Shown one piece after another: positions 37,339 to 47,336 of a DNA stretch of 64,000 nucleotides. Numbering within the stretch: the first letter of the stretch is position 1; every line of letters starts with the position of its first letter. The notes under the pieces were generated by a model. The model was not told where the DNA came from. It saw only the letters and a list, made by a program, of their open reading frames with translations, and did no database searches. The DNA is from Acidobacteriota bacterium (GTDB lineage: Bacteria > Acidobacteriota > Thermoanaerobaculia > Gp7-AA8): assembly GCA_019244185.1 (NCBI GenBank), contig JAFATB010000014.1, positions 96,001-160,000 of the forward strand. The letters are read 5' to 3'. The position numbers were made by a program, and so were the translations under genes.

Positions 37339-39603
37339 TCAGCTGATCCAGCCGCCGATGATTTGCGCCGTCCACTTGCCGTCTTTCTTCGTGACGCGAT
37401 ACGTGTTGGCCGCCCAGCCGCTGTTGAGCTCGAGCACGGCGCGGGTGCCGCTCGGGTCGATCGCGAAGTGGCGGATGTGCGCGGCGTAGGTCGGCCCGAA
37501 CTTCTGCTGATACGCGTCCAGCTCGCCGGCGGTCAGCACGATCGTGCGGCGGCCGGCCGCGAGCGGCGCGAAGAGCGAGGCGTCGCCGACGAAGAACAGC
37601 ACCGCATCGGCCACGTTGCTCGTGCGCAGCTCGCACGCGTTCTGCGCCGCGGTCGCGTCGTCCGCAACGCCGACGACGATGCGTCCCGCGCCGAGCCGGA
37701 AGTCTTTGATCACCGCCGCGAGCACTTCCGCCGCCGGCGTGGCCTCGGCCGCCACAGCGACGCGCGGGAGTGCGTCGACGCCATCCGCCATGCCGTCGCC
37801 GTCGGTGTCGGCGTCGCGCGGATCGGTGGTGAGCCGCTCTTCGAGCAGATCGGTGAGACCGTCGCCGTCGCTGTCGCGCGTCAGCTCCGCGAGCGGAAAC
37901 TCGAGAAAGAGGCCGTGCTCCTCGCGTTTGAGGCGCAGTCCGACCGGCGGAAACGTGATCGAGCTCGTGTCGAGCTCTTTCACGTCGACCTCGATGCGCA
38001 GGCGATCGCTCGCGCCGTCGAAGAGCGGCAGCGTCGATGCGCGCGCGACGACGTACGGCATGTTCTCGCGCAGGCCGGTGTAGTACGGCGTCCACGTCGT
38101 GCCGCCGTCGGTGGAGCGAAGGATCCAGTAGCCGCCGAGGCCGACTTCGCCGATCGGATCGACCGCGGAGGAGATCGTGACGGCGACGACTTCGTTGCCG
38201 CGGCGTTCCATGCGTAGCGGCGAGACGTTCGGCGGCAGATGCGTCGTCGCGGCGACGCGCGCGGCGTCGCTGCAGTCGATGACGACCGGCGCGGTCGCGG
38301 TGGACGCGAGCTCGTCGAGATGATGTTCGGTGAACGGCACGAGGCGCGCGTCGGCGAGCGATGAGCGCGCGAGTCCGGCGGGATTGGCGGCGTGCGTCAG
38401 CTCCTGCGCGTGCGCGCGATCGCTCGCGTGCAGTTCGGCGGCGCGGTGTTCGACGAACGCGGTGGTCTCGCGGAATGGCGGCGCGATCGGCGTCTCGATC
38501 GTCCAGTTCCAGAGCTCTCCGAGGATCTCGGCGGCGAGCGCGGGATAGCCGTGGCGTTCGGCGAACGATGCGAAGAGGCGCAGGCGGATCGGCGTGGGGA
38601 ACGAATCGGCCGCGACGGCAGCGATGACCTCGAACGCGTCGTCGTGCGCCTGCGGCATCGACGCGGCGATCAGTCTGCGCCACGCCTCGTCGTGGTCGTC
38701 GCGCGCGGGTTTCGCCATCGCGACGAATCGCGCCGCGAGCTCCGGCTCTCCTTCGAGCAGCGCCGCGGCGGCGAGATCGAGCGCGACTCCGTCGGCTTCG
38801 CTCTGCGCGAGCACGCGCGGACGCAATTCCGCCGGCAGCGCGTCGAACGAATCGAGCAGCAACTGCGACAGGCCAAGGGTGGCGAGCGCGCGGAACTGGC
38901 CGGCGATGCGCGGCGCGACGTCGGCGTGAATGCCGGCCGGCGGCAAATGCAGTGCGACGCCGCGCTCGGTCAGCTGCAGCGGACCGAATGCGGCGTGGAT
39001 GCGGTCTTCGGATACGTACTCGCCGATTGCCGTTGCGATCTTCGCGTCATGCGCGCGCGACCACGCCGGCGCGAGGAGCAACAACACGACGTCGTCGTTG
39101 GCGTACAGGGCGCCGTCGACGGCGGCGATCGCGAGCTCCGCGTCGTCGCCGATGAGCGGCAGAAGCGCGCGGTACTCGGCGAGATGATCGTCCTTCGGCG
39201 CGAACTTCGCGAGCTCCGCGAGCATGGCGATGAGCGGCGCGCGATGCGGCTCGCGTTCCGCGGTACGGCGCAGCGACGCGCGGATGCCGTCGAGCAGCGC
39301 GGCGTCCGACGGCTTGTCGACGTCGTCGAGCAGCAGCAGGAGCCCGGCCGGCGCGATCGCGTTCGCGCTTTCGCGCGAGACCGAAAGCTCGTCCGCGAGC
39401 CGCGCGATCACCGCATCCGCATCGCCGGCGTTCACGGCCGCGTTGCACACGATCTCGCTGGGCCTCGACGCGCCGGAAGAGCAGCTGTCGAGAGCGCTGC
39501 CGGCGCGAGCCTTCGCGAACAGCGTCTCGGTCGTTCGATCGGCCGCGAGCGCGGGCAACGACAATGCGGCGGCCGCGAGGAACACTGCCAGGCGTGCGTG
39601 CAT
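37339..39603 (-). CDS. Secreted hypothetical protein with Asp-box and DxDxDG Ca-binding repeats (about 754 aa)
   Basis: Signal peptide MHARLAVFLAAAALSLPALA; RSTDGGTTW; DSDGDGLTD and DTDGDGMAD. Confidence 0.75.
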   Translation of the reverse strand: MHARLAVFLAAAALSLPALAADRTTETLFAKARAGSALDSCSSGASRPSEIVCNAAVNAGDADAVIARLADELSVSRESANAIAPAGLLLLLDDVDKPSDAALLDGIRASLRRTAEREPHRAPLIAMLAELAKFAPKDDHLAEYRALLPLIGDDAELAIAAVDGALYANDDVVLLLLAPAWSRAHDAKIATAIGEYVSEDRIHAAFGPLQLTERGVALHLPPAGIHADVAPRIAGQFRALATLGLSQLLLDSFDALPAELRPRVLAQSEADGVALDLAAAALLEGEPELAARFVAMAKPARDDHDEAWRRLIAASMPQAHDDAFEVIAAVAADSFPTPIRLRLFASFAERHGYPALAAEILGELWNWTIETPIAPPFRETTAFVEHRAAELHASDRAHAQELTHAANPAGLARSSLADARLVPFTEHHLDELASTATAPVVIDCSDAARVAATTHLPPNVSPLRMERRGNEVVAVTISSAVDPIGEVGLGGYWILRSTDGGTTWTPYYTGLRENMPYVVARASTLPLFDGASDRLRIEVDVKELDTSSITFPPVGLRLKREEHGLFLEFPLAELTRDSDGDGLTDLLEERLTTDPRDADTDGDGMADGVDALPRVAVAAEATPAAEVLAAVIKDFRLGAGRIVVGVADDATAAQNACELRTSNVADAVLFFVGDASLFAPLAAGRRTIVLTAGELDAYQQKFGPTYAAHIRHFAIDPSGTRAVLELNSGWAANTYRVTKKDGKWTAQIIGGWIS

Positions 39604-39659
39604 GGTGATTCTCATTGTCCGTTGGACGCGGCACGCCCGCGTCACGGAACCGCGAAGAC

Positions 39660-40877
39660 TCAGTTCCCGCTTTTTCGCGCCGCGGCGATCGCTTCCGGCG
39701 TGTAGCCTTCCCACTCCCATGGCGTGACGGTGTCGCCGAGAATGCGCTCGAGGAGCGCGCGGAACGCGAGCTCGCCGTTGTCGCTGTTGGTCAGCAGGAT
39801 CATGCAGGTCTGATGGCGATCGAAGCAGACGACGTAGTTCTGCGCGCCGTCGCCGTGGCCTTCCTTGAAGAACGCCGTTCCGAACGTCGTCTTCGTCAGC
39901 AGTCCCCATCCCAACCCGTACGCAAGACCGACATTCTTCGCCTCGGCGCCTTCGGGCTCGTTCTCCGCGAGCGCGAACTGGTGCAGCGTGCGGATCGGAA
40001 TCACCGGCTCGAACATCTTCGCGCGCGTGGCGGGCTTGAGAATCGTTCCGCCGAAGAGCGCGGAGAGGAAGCGCGCGAGATCGTCGGCGGTCGTGGTCAT
40101 CGAGCCCGCGCCGCGCGCGGGATTGCGGCGCGTCTTCGCGTGAAACTTGCCGTCCGCGTCGAAGCGATCGGAGATGTCGTCCTCGAACTCCTTGCGGAAG
40201 ACCATGCCGGTGCGGGTCATGCCGAGCGGTGTGAAGAGCGCGTCCTGCATGAGCGTCGCGAGCGGCTGTCCTTTCTTCTGCTCGATGACGAACTGCAGCA
40301 GGTTGATGCCTTCGCCGGAGTACGAGTAGCGGCTGCCGGGCGCGAAGTGCAGGCGCATCTTCTGATCGGGCTCGAGGAACGCGAAGTTGAGCAGGCCCGA
40401 GGTGTGCGCGAGCAGCATGCGCGGCGTGACGCGCGGCCATTGCGGATCGGCGACGAGCAGCGACGCCGACTCGTGATACGGCTCGTATTGGTCGAGAGGC
40501 TTCTCCAGCTGTCGCGCGACCGGCACGTCGAGATCGAATTCGCCGCGCTCGACGAGCTGCAGCACGTACGTCGCGAAGACGCTCTTCGTGATCGACGCCG
40601 CCCACGTCGTCGTCGTGCGCTGCATCGGCAGCGCGGGATCGAGGCCGCGCATGCCGAACGCCTCGCTCCAGACGAGCTGCCCTTCGTTGAGGACCGCGAG
40701 CTCGGCGCCGGTGACGTGCTGCGCGGCGAGCGTTTCGCGCGCGAACTTCGACGCCGCGTCGAGCGTGATGCGCGAGCCGTCGAGGCGGCGGATGCTCTTG
40801 ACCGTCGCCGCATGCGCGGCGAACGGGACGAGCAGCAGGACGAGCGCGGAACAGACGTGACGTCGCATCGACGTCAT
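39660..40877 (-). CDS. Secreted serine hydrolase, beta-lactamase/AmpC-like family
   Basis: SxxK (ASITK), LLAHTSG, YSYSGEG motifs; signal peptide. Confidence 0.88.
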   Translation of the reverse strand: MTSMRRHVCSALVLLLVPFAAHAATVKSIRRLDGSRITLDAASKFARETLAAQHVTGAELAVLNEGQLVWSEAFGMRGLDPALPMQRTTTTWAASITKSVFATYVLQLVERGEFDLDVPVARQLEKPLDQYEPYHESASLLVADPQWPRVTPRMLLAHTSGLLNFAFLEPDQKMRLHFAPGSRYSYSGEGINLLQFVIEQKKGQPLATLMQDALFTPLGMTRTGMVFRKEFEDDISDRFDADGKFHAKTRRNPARGAGSMTTTADDLARFLSALFGGTILKPATRAKMFEPVIPIRTLHQFALAENEPEGAEAKNVGLAYGLGWGLLTKTTFGTAFFKEGHGDGAQNYVVCFDRHQTCMILLTNSDNGELAFRALLERILGDTVTPWEWEGYTPEAIAAARKSGN

Positions 40878-40897
40878 CGTCTCACGGAGACGTCATC

Positions 40898-43800
40898 TCA
40901 CGAACGCAGCGCCTGCACCGCGCGCAGCAGCTCGTCGGGATCGAACGGTTTCGCGACGTGGCGCGCGAAGCCGGCCTCGCGCACGCGCTCCTCGTCCTCG
41001 GGCCGCACGTACGCGGTGATCGCGAGCGCGGGCAGCCGTTTGCCATGCTCGCGCAGGCGGCGCAGCAGCGCGTAGCCGTCTTCGTGCGGCATGGCGAGAT
41101 CGCTCACGAGCACGTCGGGACGCCACTCGTTCACGGCCTTGAACGCGTCGGCGGCATTCGCGCACGCGAGCACGGTTGCGCCGGACGACTGGAGCACCCG
41201 CGTCATGAGCTGCCGCGCGCCAGGGTCGTCGTCGACGACGAGGATGCGCGTGCCGGCGAGCTCGCGCGCGTCGCGCGGCGTATGCGCGGTCTCGGCGGCG
41301 GCGACGCGCGAGCCGTGCTCGAGCAGCGGCAGCGTGACGATGAACGATGAGCCCTTGCCGATGCCTTCGCTTTCGGCGCGGATGTTGCCGCTGTGCGCCT
41401 CGACGAGCGACGACACGATCGCGAGGCCGAGGCCGAGGCCGCCGTGCTTGCGGCTCGACGACGCGTCGGCCTGGCGGAAACGGTCGAAGACGTGCGGGAG
41501 AAACTTCGGGTCGATGCCTTCGCCGGTATCGCGCACGACGACTTCCGCGTGTCCCGCGCCGCCGTCGTCGCGGTGCCGCAGCGCGACGTCGACGGCGCCG
41601 CCGCGCGGCGTGAACTTGATCGCGTTGACGAGCAGGTTGCCGAACACCTGCTTGAGCCGCGTCGCGTCGCCGTAGACGGGCACGACGTCGCGCGCGCCGA
41701 CGCGCAGCGCGATCTGCTTCGCCTCCGCGGACGGCCGCACCATCTCCACCGCGGCATCGATGACCGAGCCGAGGTCGAGCGGCTGGAAGTCGACGTGCAG
41801 CTTTCCCGACACGATGCGCGAGACGTCGAGCAGATCGTCGATGAGCTTCATCTGATTGGCGAAGCTCTCCTCGATCGCGCGCAGGCCGGTGTCGAGCATC
41901 TGCGGATCGCGCGTGCGCGCGAGCAGCTTCGCCCAGCCGTAGCCGGACGTGAGCGGCGTGCGCAGCTCGTGCGACAGCGTCGCGAGGAACGCGTCCTTCG
42001 CTTCTTCCGCGCGCTTGCGATCGGTGATGTCGACGACGGACGTGAGGATGCACGGCCGCCCGCTGATGTCGACCAGCGCCGCGCCGACCATGCACGTCAG
42101 CTGGCTGCCGTCCTTCATCCGGAACGATGCTTCGACGTCGGTGATGTGCTCGCCCGCGCGCATCCGCGCCAGTCCGGCCGCGCGCACTTCGGGATCGATC
42201 CACAGCCCGAGCTCTTCCGGCGTGCGTCCGAGCGCCTCGGCGCGCGAGTAGCCGGTGAGGCGCACGAAGCCGTCGTTGACGTCGATGAGGCGGCCATCGG
42301 CGGCGGAGGTGATCGTGAGCGCGAGCGGGCTGCGGTCGAACGCGGTCGCGAACTTCGCCTCGGATGCCGCGAGCGCGCGCTGGACGTCGCGGCGGATGCG
42401 CTGCATGCGCACGTGCGCGTCGACGCGCGCGAGGAGCTCCTTCGCGCTGAACGGTTTGATCAGGTAGTCGTCCGCGCCCGCTTCGAGTCCTTCGACGCGC
42501 GACTCTTCGCCGGCGCGCGCGGAGAGGAGGATCACCGGCACGCCGCACGTGCGCTCGTCGCCGCGCAGCGCGCGCAGCAGCTCGAAGCCGTCGAGCACCG
42601 GCATCATGACGTCGGAGAGCACGAGGTCGGGGAGCTTGCGCCGCGCGGCGTCGAGCGCGGCCGCGCCGTCCGCCACGGCTTCGACTTCGTACGTGTGGCC
42701 GAGGATGCGCTGCACGTACTCGCGCATGTCGTCGTTGTCGTCGGCGAGGAGGATGCGCGCGCGCTCGCCGCCGAACTGTGAAACGTCCGGTGCGGTTTCC
42801 GGCGCGGCTTCGAGCGCGCGCAGCGGCTCGTCGAGATACATCTCGCCGCGCACCGAGGACGTCGCGAGCTTTCGCGGCGCGCCGATGCGCTCGGGCGGAA
42901 GATGCGCGCTGCCGCGCGGAATGCTCACTGTGAACGTGGTGCCGCGATCGACGACGCTCTCCGCGCGCACGCTGCCGCCGTGCAAGCGCGCGAGCTCCTG
43001 CACGAGCGCGAGGCCGATGCCGCTGCCCTCGAACGTGCGGCCGCGCGCGTTCTTCACGCGATGGAAGCGCTCGAAGAGATGCGGCAGCTCGTCTTCCGGA
43101 ATGCCGGTGCCGGTATCGCGCACGGTCAGCTCGACGCGGTCGTCGTGTTCGCGCAGCGCGACTTCGATCTCGCCGTCGAACGTGAACTTGAAGGCGTTCG
43201 ACAGCAGGTTGAGGACGAGCTTCTCCCACAGCTCGCGATCGACGTACACCGGCTCGGAGAGCGGCGGGCAATCGACGAGGAAGCGCAGCCCGGCGCGCTC
43301 GATGGCGGAGCGGAACACGCCGGCGAGATCGGCGGTGAGCTCCGCGAGCGCGGTCGGCTCGTACGCGGCGTCGATGCGTCCCGCCTCGATGCGCGAGAAG
43401 TCGAGCAGCGTGTTCACGAGCTTCAGCAGCCGCAGCGCGTTGCGGTGCGCGAGCGCGAGCCGGTCGCGCGTCGTGGCATCCACCTCATCGGCCGCGAGCA
43501 GCTCCTCGATCGGACCGAGCATCAGCGTGAGCGGCGTGCGGAACTCGTGGGAGACGTTCGAGAAGAACGCCGTCTTCGCGCGGTCGAGCTCCGCGAGCGC
43601 CTCGGCGCGCTGCCGTTCGACCTCGTACGCGCGCGCGTCCGCGATGACCGTGGTGATGTGGCCGGCCACGAGCGTGTAAAACGCGCGGTAGTCGTCGTCG
43701 AGCGCGCGGTGCGGGCTGATGCCGGCCACGAGCAGGCCGGTCGTCTCTTCCTCGCCCGGCACGTTGAGCGGCAGCGCGATCGCGCGTCCCGGCCAGATCT

Positions 43801-44554
43801 CCGGCGGCTCGTTCCAGTCGAAGTGCGACGGCGGATGCACGGGTGGACGTCCGACCGCGGCGATGCATTCGGCGCGGTTGCCGGGGCGGCGCAGGTAGAT
43901 CGCGGCGAACGGCACGTCGTGCGGATTCGCCTCGAGCAGGTCCGCGGCGTTGCGGCACGCTTCCTCGACGGAACGCGCCACGCTCGCGCGCGCGGCGAGC
44001 TCGCGCAGCGTGTCGAGGCGGCGCTGCCCGATCACGCGCGACGTCGTCTCGAACACCGCCGTGAAGATGCCGCCGATGCCGCCGCTCTCGTCGACGATCG
44101 GGCTGTACGAGAACGTGAAGTACGTTTCCTCGGCGTAGCCGTGGCGATCCATCAGCAGCATCTGATCGTCGGACCACGTCGCTTTTCCCTCGCGCATGAC
44201 CTGCGTGAGCATCGGGCCGATGATCGGCCAGATCTCGGGCCACACGTCGCGGCCGGGGCGGCCGAGGGCTTGGGGATGTTTTGTGCCGAGGATTTGGGCG
44301 TAGGCGTCGTTGTAGAGCTTGATCAGCTCCGGGCCCCACCAGATCAGGATCGGGAACCGCGACGCGAGACAGATGCTCAGCGACGTGCGAAGACTCTGCG
44401 GCCACGCCTCGCGCGCGCCGATGGGAGTCTGCGACCAGTCGAAGCGGTCGATCCGCTCCTGCATCGAGAGGGCATCGGGCTGTCGCAAGGGATGAATGCT
44501 ACCGCGCTCTGCCGCGAATGTGGCGAACGTCACGCCGTCCAGCTCGCCGTCCAT
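40898..44554 (-). CDS. Cytoplasmic double hybrid histidine kinase (PAS-GAF-HisKA-HATPase-REC-PAS-HisKA-HATPase-REC)
   Basis: Two H-boxes (SHEFRTP, SHELRTP), two N/G boxes, two receivers (LSDVMMP, VSDLAMP). True start may be ATG 44464. Confidence 0.92.
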   Translation of the reverse strand: MDGELDGVTFATFAAERGSIHPLRQPDALSMQERIDRFDWSQTPIGAREAWPQSLRTSLSICLASRFPILIWWGPELIKLYNDAYAQILGTKHPQALGRPGRDVWPEIWPIIGPMLTQVMREGKATWSDDQMLLMDRHGYAEETYFTFSYSPIVDESGGIGGIFTAVFETTSRVIGQRRLDTLRELAARASVARSVEEACRNAADLLEANPHDVPFAAIYLRRPGNRAECIAAVGRPPVHPPSHFDWNEPPEIWPGRAIALPLNVPGEEETTGLLVAGISPHRALDDDYRAFYTLVAGHITTVIADARAYEVERQRAEALAELDRAKTAFFSNVSHEFRTPLTLMLGPIEELLAADEVDATTRDRLALAHRNALRLLKLVNTLLDFSRIEAGRIDAAYEPTALAELTADLAGVFRSAIERAGLRFLVDCPPLSEPVYVDRELWEKLVLNLLSNAFKFTFDGEIEVALREHDDRVELTVRDTGTGIPEDELPHLFERFHRVKNARGRTFEGSGIGLALVQELARLHGGSVRAESVVDRGTTFTVSIPRGSAHLPPERIGAPRKLATSSVRGEMYLDEPLRALEAAPETAPDVSQFGGERARILLADDNDDMREYVQRILGHTYEVEAVADGAAALDAARRKLPDLVLSDVMMPVLDGFELLRALRGDERTCGVPVILLSARAGEESRVEGLEAGADDYLIKPFSAKELLARVDAHVRMQRIRRDVQRALAASEAKFATAFDRSPLALTITSAADGRLIDVNDGFVRLTGYSRAEALGRTPEELGLWIDPEVRAAGLARMRAGEHITDVEASFRMKDGSQLTCMVGAALVDISGRPCILTSVVDITDRKRAEEAKDAFLATLSHELRTPLTSGYGWAKLLARTRDPQMLDTGLRAIEESFANQMKLIDDLLDVSRIVSGKLHVDFQPLDLGSVIDAAVEMVRPSAEAKQIALRVGARDVVPVYGDATRLKQVFGNLLVNAIKFTPRGGAVDVALRHRDDGGAGHAEVVVRDTGEGIDPKFLPHVFDRFRQADASSSRKHGGLGLGLAIVSSLVEAHSGNIRAESEGIGKGSSFIVTLPLLEHGSRVAAAETAHTPRDARELAGTRILVVDDDPGARQLMTRVLQSSGATVLACANAADAFKAVNEWRPDVLVSDLAMPHEDGYALLRRLREHGKRLPALAITAYVRPEDEERVREAGFARHVAKPFDPDELLRAVQALRS

Positions 44555-44587
44555 GATTCAATCCGTCTTTCAATCGAGGAGGATGAG

Positions 44588-46582
44588 ATGAAACGAGCGA
44601 TCTTCACCGTCGCCGCGACGGTGCTCGCGCTCTTCCCGCGTGTGGGCGCGGCGAGCGAGAGCTTCACGCTGACGATTCCGCAACGGTTCGACGCGACGCA
44701 GGAGATCGGCGAAGTCCGCATCGTCCTCGGCCTGAACGCCGCGCCCGCCGGCGCGCAGCTCGTCGTCGGCGGCAGCGCGACGATCGCGCTCGGCGCGACG
44801 CAGACGGTCGCCGGCGATTCGATCGCGTTCTCGAGCGGCCCCGGCAACGCGGTCATGATCCGCTACCGCCCGCTCTCGAACTTCGGCGCAGATTTCTGCG
44901 CGGGTGCCGGCGCGACCGAGAAGAACATCGCGCTGCGTTTCTCCGGCGCGCAGGACGTCGTCGAGTACCGCCTGAGCTCCTTCGTCGTCGGCGCGCCGAA
45001 TGCGGAATGCTCCGACGTCTCGCGCCGCGTCGCGGACATGGCGGCCACGATCGTGCCCGCCGCGGACGGCGTCGCGCCGGCGCTCAGCGCGACGAATCGC
45101 GGCCGTCTGCCGCTCGATGTGATCCTCGTGCTCGACAAGTCGGGGAGCATGGCCGATCCGCCGCCCGACGCGGGACCGAATTTCCCGACGTCGAAGGCGG
45201 CCATTCTCAAGTCGGCCGCCAAAGCGTTCGTTGCGCAATGGCGGCAGATCGACGCGCCGACCGGCAGCGGCGACTGGTCGGAAGACCGCATCGGCGTCGT
45301 GCTCTTCGACAGCACGGCCACGCCGCAGTCGCTCGCCGGCGGCGTGCCGCCCGCGAACTTCTTCGTGAAGCGCGGCTCGTCGGCGGCGCCGGGACCGTGG
45401 GATGCGGTGACCGGCGCGATCGATGGTTTGACGCCGGGCGCATCGACGTCGATCGGCGCCGGCATCAACGCCGCGCACCAGCAGTGGAAGAACGATCCCG
45501 CGCACGACCTCACGTGCATCGTCGTCACCGACGGCATGCAGAACACCGCGCCGCTCATCACCGCGGCGCCGAGCGGCTTCCTGAGCCTCACGCCGGTCGC
45601 GGGACTGGCGGCGGAGCTGCGTCAGCGTTTCATCCCGATCCAGACGATCGGCTTCGGCACGCCGGCCGCGGTCGACGAGAACCTGCTGCGCAACATCTCG
45701 TTCGAGACCGCGGGGCGTTCGTACATCAGCGTCAACGCGACGACGATGTTCGACGCGTTCGGCATGACGCTCGTGTCGAGTCTCAAAGGCAACACGGCAT
45801 CGATCGCGACGCGCCAGTCCGCCTCGCTCGCCGGCCTCGGGCCGACCGCCGCGAAGCCGGTGATCGTCGACAAGTCGGCGCGCCGCGTCGTCTTCTCGCT
45901 GCAGTGGACGCCGCCGCTGCGCAACGCGCTCGAGCTCGAAGTCTTCCGTCCCGGCAGCACGAAGCGCGCGACGCCGACGCGCGGCGAGCATCTGCCGCAG
46001 GCGTCGCTGCAGACGTTCGATCTGCGGCCGTCCGACGTCGGCACGTGGAGCGTGCGCGTGCGCGGAAAGCTACTCGATCAGAAAGCGCCGATCCCGTACA
46101 CGCTCAACGTCTTCTTCCTCGAGCGGCACCTCGACTACCGGCTGACGCTCGATCCGCCGCACCCGGGCGTTGGGCAGGAGATGCATCTGCGCGCGGAGCT
46201 CTCGTACGACGGCAAGCCGCTCACGCATCTGCCCGCGGGCGCGGTGCGCGTGCGCGTGCTGCGTCCGAGGAAGACGCTCGAGGCCGTGCTGCGCGATGTG
46301 AAGGTCGTGAAGCAACGCCCCGAAACGCACGGCGATCCGCTGTCGGCGACGGAGCGCGCGCTCGCGTCGCTCACGCCGGCGCAGCTCGCGCAACTGCTGC
46401 CGTCGGACGCCGAGACCGTCACGCTGAAGGAAGAGAAGCGCGGCTTCTACGGCGTGACGATCGACAAGGCGCTGCTCGGCGGCTCGTACGCGTTCGAAGT
46501 CGTGCTCGACTGGACCGACTCGCGCACGGGTCGCGTGCATCGCGAGGAGCGGCTCGAACAGCTCGTGACCGCGCGTCCGTAG
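44588..46582 (+). CDS. Secreted vWA-domain protein (664 aa)
   Basis: RBS GAGGAG; signal peptide; MIDAS LDKSGSM, TSIGAG, VTDGMQN. Confidence 0.85.
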   Translation: MKRAIFTVAATVLALFPRVGAASESFTLTIPQRFDATQEIGEVRIVLGLNAAPAGAQLVVGGSATIALGATQTVAGDSIAFSSGPGNAVMIRYRPLSNFGADFCAGAGATEKNIALRFSGAQDVVEYRLSSFVVGAPNAECSDVSRRVADMAATIVPAADGVAPALSATNRGRLPLDVILVLDKSGSMADPPPDAGPNFPTSKAAILKSAAKAFVAQWRQIDAPTGSGDWSEDRIGVVLFDSTATPQSLAGGVPPANFFVKRGSSAAPGPWDAVTGAIDGLTPGASTSIGAGINAAHQQWKNDPAHDLTCIVVTDGMQNTAPLITAAPSGFLSLTPVAGLAAELRQRFIPIQTIGFGTPAAVDENLLRNISFETAGRSYISVNATTMFDAFGMTLVSSLKGNTASIATRQSASLAGLGPTAAKPVIVDKSARRVVFSLQWTPPLRNALELEVFRPGSTKRATPTRGEHLPQASLQTFDLRPSDVGTWSVRVRGKLLDQKAPIPYTLNVFFLERHLDYRLTLDPPHPGVGQEMHLRAELSYDGKPLTHLPAGAVRVRVLRPRKTLEAVLRDVKVVKQRPETHGDPLSATERALASLTPAQLAQLLPSDAETVTLKEEKRGFYGVTIDKALLGGSYAFEVVLDWTDSRTGRVHREERLEQLVTARP

Positions 46583-46649
46583 AGTCCGCGGGACGGCATG
46601 GTGGCGCGCGCACTGCACGCGCGTTGGACGTCGAAAGGAGACGTCACCG

Positions 46650-47336
46650 ATGACCTTGCCGCCCTGCTGGACTCCGCCCGATGACCACGACGCGCCGCAG
46701 GAAGATGCAGCGGCGGCACCGCCGCAGGAGTCGCCGCTGCATGCGACGCGTCGCTCGTTCCTGATCGGCTCCGCGGTCGTGACCGCGAGCGCGCTCGTCG
46801 CTCCGTTGCTCGGCGAAGAAAAAGCAGCGGCGGCGGCGCACGACGCGGGGCCGAATGCAGTGAGCGTCACGCTCAATGTGAACGGCAAGCCGCACGCGCT
46901 GCGGCTCGACCCGCGCACGACGCTCCTCGACGCGCTGCGCGAGCGGCTCGATCTCACCGGCACGAAGAAAGGCTGCGATCAGGGCGCGTGCGGCGCGTGC
47001 ACGGTGCTCGTCGACGGCCGCCGCGTCAACTCCTGTCTCACGCTCGCCGTCATGCACGAGCACCAGCAGATCGTCACGATTGAAGGGCTGTCGCAGAACG
47101 GCCAGCTGCATCCGGTGCAGGCCGCATTCATCCGCCACGATGGCTTCCAGTGCGGCTACTGCACGCCGGGGCAGATCTGCTCCGCGGTCGCGCTGCTGCG
47201 CGAAGGGCACACCGGCAGCGATGACGAGATCCGCGAATGGATGAGCGGGAACATCTGCCGTTGCGGCGCGTACGTGAACATCGTCGCCGCGATCCGCGAC
47301 GCGGAGAAGAACGGAGGCGCGCATGCATCCCTTTGA
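46650..47336 (+). CDS. paoA: Aldehyde oxidoreductase 2Fe-2S subunit with Tat signal (PaoA/YagT-like)
   Basis: TRRSFL twin-arginine motif; GCDQGACGAC, QCGYC, ICRC. Confidence 0.88.
   Translation: MTLPPCWTPPDDHDAPQEDAAAAPPQESPLHATRRSFLIGSAVVTASALVAPLLGEEKAAAAAHDAGPNAVSVTLNVNGKPHALRLDPRTTLLDALRERLDLTGTKKGCDQGACGACTVLVDGRRVNSCLTLAVMHEHQQIVTIEGLSQNGQLHPVQAAFIRHDGFQCGYCTPGQICSAVALLREGHTGSDDEIREWMSGNICRCGAYVNIVAAIRDAEKNGGAHASL

Noticed and set aside
42902-44587. Long N-terminal extensions given by the track (also 2198, 3463, 3687, 5809, 15223, 32730, 40605, 47436, 48275, 54251, 55472)
   Set aside because: They overlap neighbouring real genes; internal starts with RBS, stop/start coupling or signal peptides were used instead.
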